A program made the position numbers and the translations under genes. A stretch of 14,143 bases of DNA from Armatimonadota bacterium (GTDB lineage: Bacteria > Sysuimicrobiota > Sysuimicrobiia > Sysuimicrobiales > Humicultoraceae), in NCBI GenBank assembly GCA_052386995.1, contig JBQTJP010000271.1:1-14143 (forward strand). The letters run 5' to 3'. Shown one piece after another: positions 1 through 7,786 of this stretch; positions within the stretch are counted from its first letter, which is position 1, and each line of letters opens with the position of its first letter. The notes beneath the pieces were generated by a model. That model was not told the DNA's origin. It searched no databases and saw nothing but the letters and a program-made list of their open reading frames with translations.

Positions 1-59
1 CGGGCGCGCCGGAGCGCCCCAGCATCGTCCTCGTCCTTCATCTCCGGTCGGCTCAACAC
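1..59 (-). CDS. Possible 5' end of a divergent gene running off the window (MLSRPEMKDEDDAGALRRA...)
   Basis: Minus-strand AGGAG (69-65) lies 5 nt before GTG at 59-57; in-frame ATG at 41-39; frame is open to the window edge. Only 19 codons are visible. Confidence 0.35.
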   Translation of the reverse strand, partial: MLSRPEMKDEDDAGALRRA

Positions 60-120
60 GCCGGCTCCTGTTCTCCGCACCGATGGGACGCGCACTGCAT
101 CCTTCGACACGGAGCACGTG

Positions 121-762
121 ATGCGGGCGACACGGCTGAGTTCATTCATCACCGATACCATCTACCTCACCGCGGGGGCGTGGACCTCGGGGTTCGTCGG
201 CTCGTCCGTGCAGCGGGCGATGGCGCGCCGGCGCTACGGGTCGCTCGCCCCGCGGTACGAGGCGGACGTCCTGCCCCAGGCCGGATACTTTGCGCCGCTC
301 GAGGCGGCGCTCGACCGCCTGCCGGAGGAACCTTCGACGGCTCTCGACGTGAGCACCGGGACGGGTGCCGTCATCGGGACGGTGGTGGTGCGCTTCCCCC
401 GATGCCGCGGCGTCGCGGTCGATCTCTCCCCGGCGATGCTGATGCGCGCCGCGCAGCAGGCCCGCGCCGGGGGATGGGCGGTGCAGTTCGCGGGCGCTAA
501 TGCCGCCCGCCTGCCGTTTCCCGCCGGAGCGTTCGATCTCGTCTCCGTGCAGAATGCCTTTCCCGTCCCGCGAGAGCTTGTCCGCGTGGTGCGCCCGGGC
601 GGGTGGGTCGTGCTGGCCTATTCCGCCGGCGGACCCGTGCTGCCGTGGGTGGTCCGATCCATGGTGAAGCAATTGGGCGCGCTGGGCTGTGATTCGGTCG
701 ACACCCGGCAAGTCGGGGCCGGCCGCTATTTCCTGGCGCGTCGCGCGAAGGACGCCGCATGA
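121..762 (+). CDS. Class I SAM-dependent methyltransferase (UbiE/Methyltransf_11-like)
   Basis: Motif I ALDVSTGTG, acidic VDLS, LPFPAGAFDLV and RVVRPGG. GGAG at 111-114 favours ATG 121 over GTG 118. ATGA overlap with the next gene. Confidence 0.85.
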   Translation: MRATRLSSFITDTIYLTAGAWTSGFVGSSVQRAMARRRYGSLAPRYEADVLPQAGYFAPLEAALDRLPEEPSTALDVSTGTGAVIGTVVVRFPRCRGVAVDLSPAMLMRAAQQARAGGWAVQFAGANAARLPFPAGAFDLVSVQNAFPVPRELVRVVRPGGWVVLAYSAGGPVLPWVVRSMVKQLGALGCDSVDTRQVGAGRYFLARRAKDAA

Positions 763-2339
763 GTGTCAGGGTCTCGTGTGTGATCGCGGCCTACAACGAA
801 GAGCGCCTGATCTGCGGCGTGATCGAAGCGGTGCGGCGCGTCCCGCAGGTGGATGAGATCGTCGTCGTGTCGGACGGCTCGACCGACGCCACGGCCGACG
901 CCGCGGCCGGCGCGGGCGCCGATCGCGTCGTCATGCTGCCCGGCAATCTCGGCAAGGGTGGGGCGGTCCTGGCCGGGGCGCGGCGCGCCTCGGGACGCAT
1001 CCTGCTGCTGATCGATGCCGATCTCGAGCATGTCAAACCGTGCGAGCTGAGCGCGCTGATCGGTCCGGTCTTGTGTAAGGATTGCGACATGGCTGTCGGC
1101 GTGCTGGCCTCGGATCTCGTGCAGACGGTGCTGCCACACCTCTCGGGCATCAGGGTCGTGCGCCGTGACGCGCTGCTGGATCGGCCCCAACTGGCAACGA
1201 CTCGATTCGGGTTCGAACGGGCACTCACCGAACTGGCACGGCGCGAAGGATGGACAATCGCGCGGGTCCCGTTCACGGGCGTCAACCATCCCCGGAAGGA
1301 GGAGAAATACGGCCTCATCCACGGCTGGCAGGGCAAGGTCAAGATGACGATCGACGTGCTCGGCCTTCGCCGGAAGCGGCGCCACGGAGCCGTCCGGCTG
1401 CGCCGCACGCGGGTGTTCGCCCTGACCAGCCTGGTCCTGATGACGGCCTACCTTGGCATGGGATTCTTCTCTGCGGCTTCCGCTATCGGCAGCGCCATCG
1501 AACCGTTTCCTGAGCCCACGGCCGCGGATCGCTATCTCATCATCGCGGCCCACGCCGACGATGAACTGCTCGCCGCGGGCGGCCTGATCCAGCGCGCGCT
1601 GGCCGCCGGCGCTGAGGTGTGGGTGGCCTTTGGGACGAACGGCGACGGCAACCGTCTGGCGGCGGCGCTGGGCAGCCGCCGGCTCCTCCCGCGGGCGGCC
1701 GACTTCATCGCCGAAGGCGAGACTCGACAGCAGGAGGCCATCCACGCGCTTGGTAGACTCGGCATGCCGACGGAGCGCATCCTGTTCCTCGGCTATCCCG
1801 ATCGGGGGCTGATGGCGCTGGCCGCGCAACGCCGGACTCCCGGCAAGCCGTACGTTTCGCCGTTCACGAAGACGTCGGCCTCGCCCTATCGCCTGGCGTT
1901 CCGGCCGCGCGCAGCGTACACCGCTGAGGACCTCGCCCGAGATGTACAGACCGTGGTGATGCTCGTCCAGCCGAGCGTGGTCCTGACCCACCATGAATCC
2001 GACCGGCATGGCGATCACCGCGCGCTGAATCTCTTTGTGCGACGGGCGATCCGGTCGGTGGCCTGGGACGAGCAGGCACGGCCCCGCGTGTATGCCTATC
2101 TCGTGCACGCGTGGGACTTTCCGCGCCCGCTCCGGTACGCGCCGAACGCGGCGCTGCTCCCGCCGAACTCATTGCGAGAATCCCACCACTGGCTCCGGTT
2201 CGATCTCACGCCGGACGAACTCGCGGCCAAGCAGGCCGCGCTGCAGGACTACCGCAGCCAGTTGGACAGCCCCTATCTCCGCCTGCTGCTCTCTAGTTTT
2301 CTCCGCCAGAACGAGCTCTTCGCCGTCACTGAGCCCTAG
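759..2339 (+). CDS. Fusion of GT2-family glycosyltransferase (aa ~1-200), a hydrophobic helix (aa ~219-243) and a PIG-L/LmbE-family N-deacetylase (aa ~256-526)
   Basis: GT2 motifs VIAAYNEE, VVSDGSTD, NLGKG, DAD (DxD), LSGIRVVRR. PIG-L motifs AHADDE, R..EA..AL..LG, LGYPD, HESDRHGDH, YRSQL. Confidence 0.88.
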   Translation: MSVRVSCVIAAYNEERLICGVIEAVRRVPQVDEIVVVSDGSTDATADAAAGAGADRVVMLPGNLGKGGAVLAGARRASGRILLLIDADLEHVKPCELSALIGPVLCKDCDMAVGVLASDLVQTVLPHLSGIRVVRRDALLDRPQLATTRFGFERALTELARREGWTIARVPFTGVNHPRKEEKYGLIHGWQGKVKMTIDVLGLRRKRRHGAVRLRRTRVFALTSLVLMTAYLGMGFFSAASAIGSAIEPFPEPTAADRYLIIAAHADDELLAAGGLIQRALAAGAEVWVAFGTNGDGNRLAAALGSRRLLPRAADFIAEGETRQQEAIHALGRLGMPTERILFLGYPDRGLMALAAQRRTPGKPYVSPFTKTSASPYRLAFRPRAAYTAEDLARDVQTVVMLVQPSVVLTHHESDRHGDHRALNLFVRRAIRSVAWDEQARPRVYAYLVHAWDFPRPLRYAPNAALLPPNSLRESHHWLRFDLTPDELAAKQAALQDYRSQLDSPYLRLLLSSFLRQNELFAVTEP

Positions 2340-3219
2340 TACGCCAGGGCGGGCGAGCGACGGCGCGCTGCTCGGCTACGGCGCGATCGCCGGCGCGGCC
2401 CTCGCGTGGGGCACGATCGGCGTTGCGGCCCGCGCGGTCTTCGCCGCCGGACTGACCCCGCTGCAGGCAGCGACCTGGCGCGCCGCGGGCGCGTGTGCCA
2501 TACTCCTGGTCTATTGCCTGGCAACAAACCGCGCGGCTCTCCGCGTGGCGAGCAGGGATCTCGTGCTGTTCGCGGCCTACGGGGCGGTCAGCGTCGCGGG
2601 GTTCATGGCCGTCTACCTCACCGCGATCGAGCGCACGACCATCGCGACGGCGGCCATCCTCCTCTACACCGCGCCCGCCTGGGTGGTCGTGCTGGCGAGG
2701 GTCCTCTTCAGAGAATCCCTAACATCCATGAAGTTGCTGGCGGTCGTGTTGACATTCGCGGGATCCGCGCTCGTCGCCGGCGGGATCGGGGCCGATACCC
2801 TGCGTCTAGATCCCATCGGCGTGCTCGCAGGGCTGGGCGCGGGACTGACGTACGCGCTCTACAGCATCTTCGGGAAGATGGCGCTGCGCCGCTACTCCCC
2901 GCTCACCACGGTCGTGTATTCCCTCGGGTTCGGCGCGCTCTTTTTGCTGCTCGTCTCGGGGCTGCAGCCCGTGGCGCGCGAAAGTCTGCCCGCGCTCGCC
3001 TACCTTATTGTCATCCCCACGGTGGCCGCGTACCTGCTCTACGCCGCAGGCCTGCGGCGGGTCGAGGCAGGGCGGGCGAGCATCGTCGCCACGATCGAGC
3101 CGGTCGTCGCGGCGCTCGCCGGCACGGCCGTCCTGCGCGAGCCGTTCGCGCTGATTCAGTGGGTCGGTGCGGCGCTGGTGCTGAGCGGTGTCGTGATGGC
3201 GCAGCGGGAGCGCGGCTAA
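2329..3219 (+). CDS. EamA/DMT-family transporter (about 10 TM); start uncertain, placed at CTG 2329
   Basis: LAWG, A.ILLYTAP.WV, YALYSIFGK and ASIVATIEPV patterns in two EamA repeats. The ORF-track extension from 2035 overlaps the upstream gene and is not protein-like. Confidence 0.85.
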   Translation: MSPSTPGRASDGALLGYGAIAGAALAWGTIGVAARAVFAAGLTPLQAATWRAAGACAILLVYCLATNRAALRVASRDLVLFAAYGAVSVAGFMAVYLTAIERTTIATAAILLYTAPAWVVVLARVLFRESLTSMKLLAVVLTFAGSALVAGGIGADTLRLDPIGVLAGLGAGLTYALYSIFGKMALRRYSPLTTVVYSLGFGALFLLLVSGLQPVARESLPALAYLIVIPTVAAYLLYAAGLRRVEAGRASIVATIEPVVAALAGTAVLREPFALIQWVGAALVLSGVVMAQRERG

Positions 3220-3224
3220 AAACC

Positions 3225-4430
3225 TTATCCAGCCGGAACCCTCTCGGACCTGATCGTCCTCGCGGCGATAATCGTTCCGATCGTCAACACCGCCGCGCTT
3301 GCGATGAAGGGCGCCCGCGGTCCCAATGCATCCCAGAGCAGGCCGCCCAGCAGCGGTCCCAACACCAGGCCGAGTCCCTGGACCGTCTCCGATGCGCCCA
3401 TGGCCAGACCAAGGTTTCCTGCAGGCGCCAGTTCACTGATGAGCGCCATCCAGGCCGGCGCCCACAGCGCGTAGCTCACGCCCAGCAGCGCGCCGGCGAC
3501 GATCAACAGCCACAGCCTCTCGCTGAATGGAATCAGCCACATGCCCAGCGTCCCTGGCACCAGGCCCGCGACGATCAGGCGCATTTTGCCGACGCGGTCG
3601 GCGAGCCGCCCGGCCGGCACCGAGGCAAGCGCCACGGCCATCACGACCGCGAACAGCACAACGCTGATGGCCTGCTCTGAAAGACCCGCGACGCGCTTGG
3701 CGTAGATCGCGGCGATGGGCACCAACAGCCCGACGCCGAACATCTGCACGAACGCGACGAGATAGAGGCTGGCGAGCAGCGGCGACAAACGAAGGACGGC
3801 CACGACGGCGCGAAGCCCGGCGGGATGAAGCGTCGTGTGGTAGCCGACCTGCGCGTCCGGATGGACGCGGCGACGACCCAACGGAAACATGAACACGGCC
3901 AGCACCGCCGCCGCGGCCAGCAGCGCGCTCGCCAGATAGAAGCCTGCACGGAAGTCGCCCGCGAAGCCGGCAACGAGGAGGCCGAGCACAGGACCCAGAC
4001 CCAACCCGATGAGGAAGAACATGTTCAGCACCGCCATGCCCGTGGCGCGCCGGTCCGGCGTCGTCGCGTCCGCGATCGCCGTCGCCGCCGCGGGAAGCAG
4101 CGCGGCGGAGCCCAGGCCGTCGACCAGGCGCAGAGGCACGAAGAGAATCGGAACGCGCAACACAGACATCACCAGCGGCGCGATGCTGCTCAGGATCAGG
4201 CCGGCGATCATCACGGGTCTGGGACCCCGCCGATCGGCGACGCCTCCCCAGGCGGTCTTGAAAAACGTCTCCACCAGGGCGACGGTAGCGACCACAACCC
4301 CCACCAGTTTGACGCTTGCGCCCAATCGCTCGGTGAGATACAGCGGCAGCAGCGGGATGACGGTCGCAAACCCCAGCTGCCCGATTCCGATGATGACGGC
4401 GATGCGCCACACCGCACCGGTGCTTTTCAC
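3225..4430 (-). CDS. MFS transporter (DHA1-like, 12 TM)
   Basis: Motif A GGVADRRGPRP and GRLADRVGKMR; GPLLGGLL. GTG 4430 overlaps the gatD stop (GTGA), so the ORF-track start at 4547 is probably too long. Confidence 0.9.
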   Translation of the reverse strand: MKSTGAVWRIAVIIGIGQLGFATVIPLLPLYLTERLGASVKLVGVVVATVALVETFFKTAWGGVADRRGPRPVMIAGLILSSIAPLVMSVLRVPILFVPLRLVDGLGSAALLPAAATAIADATTPDRRATGMAVLNMFFLIGLGLGPVLGLLVAGFAGDFRAGFYLASALLAAAAVLAVFMFPLGRRRVHPDAQVGYHTTLHPAGLRAVVAVLRLSPLLASLYLVAFVQMFGVGLLVPIAAIYAKRVAGLSEQAISVVLFAVVMAVALASVPAGRLADRVGKMRLIVAGLVPGTLGMWLIPFSERLWLLIVAGALLGVSYALWAPAWMALISELAPAGNLGLAMGASETVQGLGLVLGPLLGGLLWDALGPRAPFIASAAVLTIGTIIAARTIRSERVPAG

Positions 4431-5155
4431 CGGCGCTGGGCGGCGGCGTCCGCGGCCCGGCGCTCCTCGGTGTCGGCGAGCGGATGGAGCGGAACGTCGC
4501 CGTACCGGCGGCGCAGCGCCAGGCCGATGAGAAGATCGGCGAGCCACGGGTTCTTGGGCAGGAGCGGGCCGTGCAGGTAGGTCCCGTAGATCGATCCGCA
4601 GACCGCACCCTCGGTGCGGTCCTCGCCGTTGTTGCCATACCCGCTCTCAACCGCTCCCAGCGGTCGCGCGCGTGGGCCGAGGTGCGTCCGCCCGCCGTGA
4701 TTCTCGAACCCGACCAGGCGCACGCTCGCAGCGGCGTCACGTATGACGATATTGCCGATCAACCGGCGGGCCGCCGGCCCCGGATGGATGGTATGAAGAT
4801 CGAGCAGTCCCAGGCCGGTCAACTCGGGGCCATCCGCCGGCCGGTAGAAGTGGCCCAGCAGCTGGTATCCGCCGCAGACGCCGAGAACCGCGGCGCCACC
4901 GGCGGCGGCCTGCCGCAGGGCGTCGCCTTTTACCCCGCATAAGTCGGGCGCGGCCAGCCGCTGCTGCCGGTCTTCACCGCCGCCGATGAAGTACAGGTCG
5001 CTCTGCTCCGGATCGATCGCGTCGCCGAGGCGAGCTTCGATCACCCGCGTGTCGATGGCACGCCACTGCGCGCGGCGGATCAGCGTGGTGATGTTCCCAC
5101 GGTCACCGTACAGGTTGAGCAGGTCCGGATAGAGGTGGCAGATGCGGAGTTCCAT
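4427..5155 (-). CDS. gatD: Lipid II isoglutaminyl synthase glutaminase subunit (CobQ-like type 1 glutamine amidotransferase)
   Basis: N-terminus MELRICHLYPDLLNLYGDRGN; GGGED, catalytic GVCGGYQ, FENHGG, TYLHGP; directly downstream of murT. Confidence 0.92.
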   Translation of the reverse strand: MELRICHLYPDLLNLYGDRGNITTLIRRAQWRAIDTRVIEARLGDAIDPEQSDLYFIGGGEDRQQRLAAPDLCGVKGDALRQAAAGGAAVLGVCGGYQLLGHFYRPADGPELTGLGLLDLHTIHPGPAARRLIGNIVIRDAAASVRLVGFENHGGRTHLGPRARPLGAVESGYGNNGEDRTEGAVCGSIYGTYLHGPLLPKNPWLADLLIGLALRRRYGDVPLHPLADTEERRAADAAAQRR

Positions 5156-5163
5156 CGACCGCG

Positions 5164-6606
5164 CTACTGTTTCCAGAATCCGCGCACGATCCCCTTGCGG
5201 GCGAGGATGTCGCGCAGCTGCAGCATGGCGGTGTAGGTGGGAAGGATGTAGAGCCGCTCGCCATCGCGCAGCAGCGCGCGTGCCCGCTCGAGCGCGCGGG
5301 CGCCATCGCGCTCCACCGTCACACGCGCCGCATCGATGCCTGCGTACTTGAGCCGCAGCGCCATGTCCTCCGCCCGAAGGCCGGTGACCACGACGCCCCG
5401 CGCGCGGTCGCGCAGCATCTCGAAATCCACATCCCACAGCCAGGAGATATCGCGTCCATCGGCGATGAGGTCGTTGATCGCGATCAGCACCACCGGCTCG
5501 CGCTCGGCGAGCAAGACGGTGCGCAGGACTTCGTTGAAGCCGGCCGGGTTCTTGGCGAGCAACAGCAGGGCGTCGCGACCGTCAAGGGTGACGCGCTCTC
5601 CGCGGCCAAAGGCCGGGGCCGTGGCGGTGATGCCGGCGCGGATCGTCTCCACCATGATGCCCAACGCCAGCGCGCCGGCCGATGCGGCGGCGATATCGTA
5701 CACGTTGTACAGCCCGGGAAGCACGGTGTCGACCGCCAGCGTCTGGTTCCCGTAGGTCACCGACAGGCTCGCGCCATCGGCGCCCCGCAGCCGGATGCCG
5801 GTCGCGCGCACGTCGGGCGAGAGGCGCGTGGTGCCGCACTGCGTGCACCGGTAGTGTCCCATGTGCCCGAGGGTGACGAGCGCGTACTCGTACGGGCGGC
5901 CGCACCGGTAGCAGTAACGGGAGTCGGCCGCGTGCTCGGGGGTCTGGGCGCGCGGACTGCCTTCCGGCGCCTCATCGAGCCCAAAGGTCAGCGTCGGGCC
6001 CTCGTAGGTTCGCCCGACCTCGGCCACGAGCGGATCGTCGGCATTGTAGACGAGGACGCTGCCGGTCGGCATCGCGAGCAGCGCGCGGCGCCACCGCTCA
6101 GCCAGAATGTCGATCTCACCGTACCGGTCGAGCTGATCGCGGAACAGATTGAGCAGGATGAGCACGCGCGGCCGCGACGCCTCAACGGCCGCGGGCAGCG
6201 TCGCCTCATCGACCTCGAACAGTCCGGCCTCCCCGCGCACGACCCCCGAGAGCGTCGCGCGTCCGACGAGCGCAGACGCGATGCCCGACAGGAGATTCGC
6301 TCCCGCACGGTTATGTATCGGGTCTATGCCGGCGGCTTCGAGGATGCCGCCCAGGAGCCGCGCCGTGGTGGTCTTGCCGTTCGTGCCGGAGATCAGTATG
6401 ATCCCACGCGGCAAGTCACGGGCCAGGTCGGTGACGACGTGCGGAGCCAGCGCCATGGCCACGCGCCCCGGCAACGTCGTGCCGCCGCCCAGGCGCAGTG
6501 CGCGGCTCCCCACGGCAGTCAGGCGGCCGGCTGCGATGGCGGCCAGCCGTCGCGTCCAACTGGATTGTGCGGCGTTCCCGCGGTCCGGACTAGAAGCGGC
6601 GGGCAC
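5164..6606 (-). CDS. murT: Lipid II isoglutaminyl synthase ligase subunit (Mur ligase domain plus DUF1727)
   Basis: P-loop SGTNGKTT, EVDEA, NLFRDQLDRYGE, Cys4 finger CYRC...CTQC, LAKNPAG, DGRDISWLWD, LPTYTAM. Exact start uncertain; it overlaps the upstream stop by 17 nt. Confidence 0.92.
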   Translation of the reverse strand: MPAASSPDRGNAAQSSWTRRLAAIAAGRLTAVGSRALRLGGGTTLPGRVAMALAPHVVTDLARDLPRGIILISGTNGKTTTARLLGGILEAAGIDPIHNRAGANLLSGIASALVGRATLSGVVRGEAGLFEVDEATLPAAVEASRPRVLILLNLFRDQLDRYGEIDILAERWRRALLAMPTGSVLVYNADDPLVAEVGRTYEGPTLTFGLDEAPEGSPRAQTPEHAADSRYCYRCGRPYEYALVTLGHMGHYRCTQCGTTRLSPDVRATGIRLRGADGASLSVTYGNQTLAVDTVLPGLYNVYDIAAASAGALALGIMVETIRAGITATAPAFGRGERVTLDGRDALLLLAKNPAGFNEVLRTVLLAEREPVVLIAINDLIADGRDISWLWDVDFEMLRDRARGVVVTGLRAEDMALRLKYAGIDAARVTVERDGARALERARALLRDGERLYILPTYTAMLQLRDILARKGIVRGFWKQ

Positions 6607-7678
6607 CCAGGTAACGTGGCGCGTAGTACCGGTGATTCATGGGAGTGATGGTCACCCGGCCGAATCCCGACGACGAATGGATGAAACGCCCGTCGCCCAG
6701 ATAGATGCCGGCATGCGATGGGCCCGGTTGGAGCGTTTGGAAGAACACGATATCTCCGGTTTGCAGCTGGTCGGACGGGACCGGTGTCCCCGCCTCAAAC
6801 ATGTCAAAGGTCGTGCGGGGCAGTGCAACACCCGTCTGCGCAAAGACGTAGTACATCAATCCCGAGCAGTCGAACGCGTCTGGTGATGTCCCTCCCCAGC
6901 GATAGCGGACGCCCAAGAAACGCGTGGACAGCGCCACAACGGTGGACGACCACTTCGGACCGCGCGAGGGGAGCGTGGACGCGCGCGGCCGCACCGCGGC
7001 GGCCGGCGGCGTATCGGTCGCGGCAGGAGGCGCCGGCTGCTGGACCTCGGGCGACGCGGCAGGTGGTGGCGAGACTGCGGGTGCTTCCACGTTAGGCGCC
7101 GGTGTTCCAGGCGCTGCGACAACAGGCGCGGGGGCAGGAGGCGCGGCGGGAGCAGGCGTCGCTGGACCGCGTGCCGCAGGAGCAGGTGTCGCGGGAGCTG
7201 GTGCCGCGGGGACGCGCAGGCGCCGGCCGATCGAAAGGATGGCGCCCGCCGAGACCCCGTTCATCGCTGCCAGACGCTCGGACGTCGTTCGGTGCCGCCG
7301 GGCCAGTGTCCACAGCGTGTCGCCAGAGCGCACCTGATAGACGGCCGTCATGCCCCCTACCGGAGCCGCGGGTGCCAGGCGCGCGCCGCGTCCCGCCTGC
7401 GCCGTGCGGGCGCGGGAGGCGGAGCGGGAGCCGACCTTCGCGGGAACGTTGAGCCGCTGGCCGATCGACAGCGTCGCCTCGGTCGAAAGCCCGTTCATCC
7501 GTGCGAGCTGTTCAGCAGTCGTGCCGTAGCGTCGCGCTACCGTCCACAGCGAATCGCCCTGACGGATCTGGTAGGTCTCGGTAGCGGGTCTCTGGGTTTT
7601 CGCTGCCATCGCCGGTGAGGCGACAGACAGGACTACGATGAGAAGAATAACGGCCGGGATCCCGACATGAAACCGCAC
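6590..7678 (-). CDS. Secreted peptidoglycan DL-endopeptidase: signal peptide, 2x LysM, Pro/Ala linker, NlpC/P60 (C40)
   Basis: AGGAGG SD at 7689-7684; signal peptide ending AMA; two LysM repeats; YRWGG, FDCSG, SHAGIY, FIHSS (Cys-His-His triad). Confidence 0.93.
   Translation of the reverse strand: MRFHVGIPAVILLIVVLSVASPAMAAKTQRPATETYQIRQGDSLWTVARRYGTTAEQLARMNGLSTEATLSIGQRLNVPAKVGSRSASRARTAQAGRGARLAPAAPVGGMTAVYQVRSGDTLWTLARRHRTTSERLAAMNGVSAGAILSIGRRLRVPAAPAPATPAPAARGPATPAPAAPPAPAPVVAAPGTPAPNVEAPAVSPPPAASPEVQQPAPPAATDTPPAAAVRPRASTLPSRGPKWSSTVVALSTRFLGVRYRWGGTSPDAFDCSGLMYYVFAQTGVALPRTTFDMFEAGTPVPSDQLQTGDIVFFQTLQPGPSHAGIYLGDGRFIHSSSGFGRVTITPMNHRYYAPRYLGARRF
7208..7573 (-). repeat. Two 44-aa LysM repeats (7573-7442 and 7339-7208)
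   Basis: YQIRQGDSLWTVARRYGTT...LSIGQRLNVP versus YQVRSGDTLWTLARRHRTT...LSIGRRLRVP. Confidence 0.9.
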
Positions 7679-7743
7679 GATCGCCTCCTGAACGGTATCT
7701 CCGGCCTACTGGGTGGTCTAAGCGAGTATTCCCAATCGTCCGG

Positions 7744-7784
7744 CAAAACAAGACTCCTCATTCGCCCGATGGCACAGGAGTCCT
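7744..7784 (-). terminator. Candidate intrinsic terminator of lemA-htpX
   Basis: On the minus strand, AGGACTCCT-17 nt-AGGAGTCTT followed by GTTTTG, immediately after the htpX TAG. Confidence 0.5.
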
Positions 7785-7786
7785 CT
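7760..7786 (-). promoter_or_regulatory. Sigma-H-like promoter motif upstream of the LysM-NlpC/P60-murT-gatD-MFS operon
   Basis: AGAGGACTC-N13-CGAAT, same spacing as the copies at 9297 and 11186. Confidence 0.55.

Noticed and set aside
726..2108. 460-aa minus-strand ORF, and similar ones (2406-3680 +, 3433-4740 -, 7833-9254 +, 11579-12805 -)
   Set aside because: Arg/Gly/Pro-rich alternative frames overlapping genes with clear family motifs.
4427..5155. Cobyric acid synthase CobQ / cobalamin synthesis
   Set aside because: Stand-alone glutaminase domain next to a DUF1727 Mur ligase with no cob genes nearby, which fits GatD.
6639..6665. Fourth promoter-like match ATGGGAGTG-N13-CGAAT on the plus strand
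   Set aside because: Lacks the AGG core, lies antisense within the NlpC/P60 coding region and precedes no gene; probably chance.
6975..7207. Short GC-rich repeats (PATPAPAA twice)
   Set aside because: Ordinary Pro/Ala linker between LysM and NlpC/P60 domains; not a CRISPR array or mobile repeat.
7679..7784. c-di-AMP (ydaO) riboswitch in the NlpC/P60 leader
   Set aside because: Such genes often carry one, but the region is only about 105 nt and lacks the conserved GCUGAAUC / GGGGAACC / GUCAGCUAAC segments. Only a weak CCGG..ATTGGG/CCCAGT..CCGG pairing is visible.
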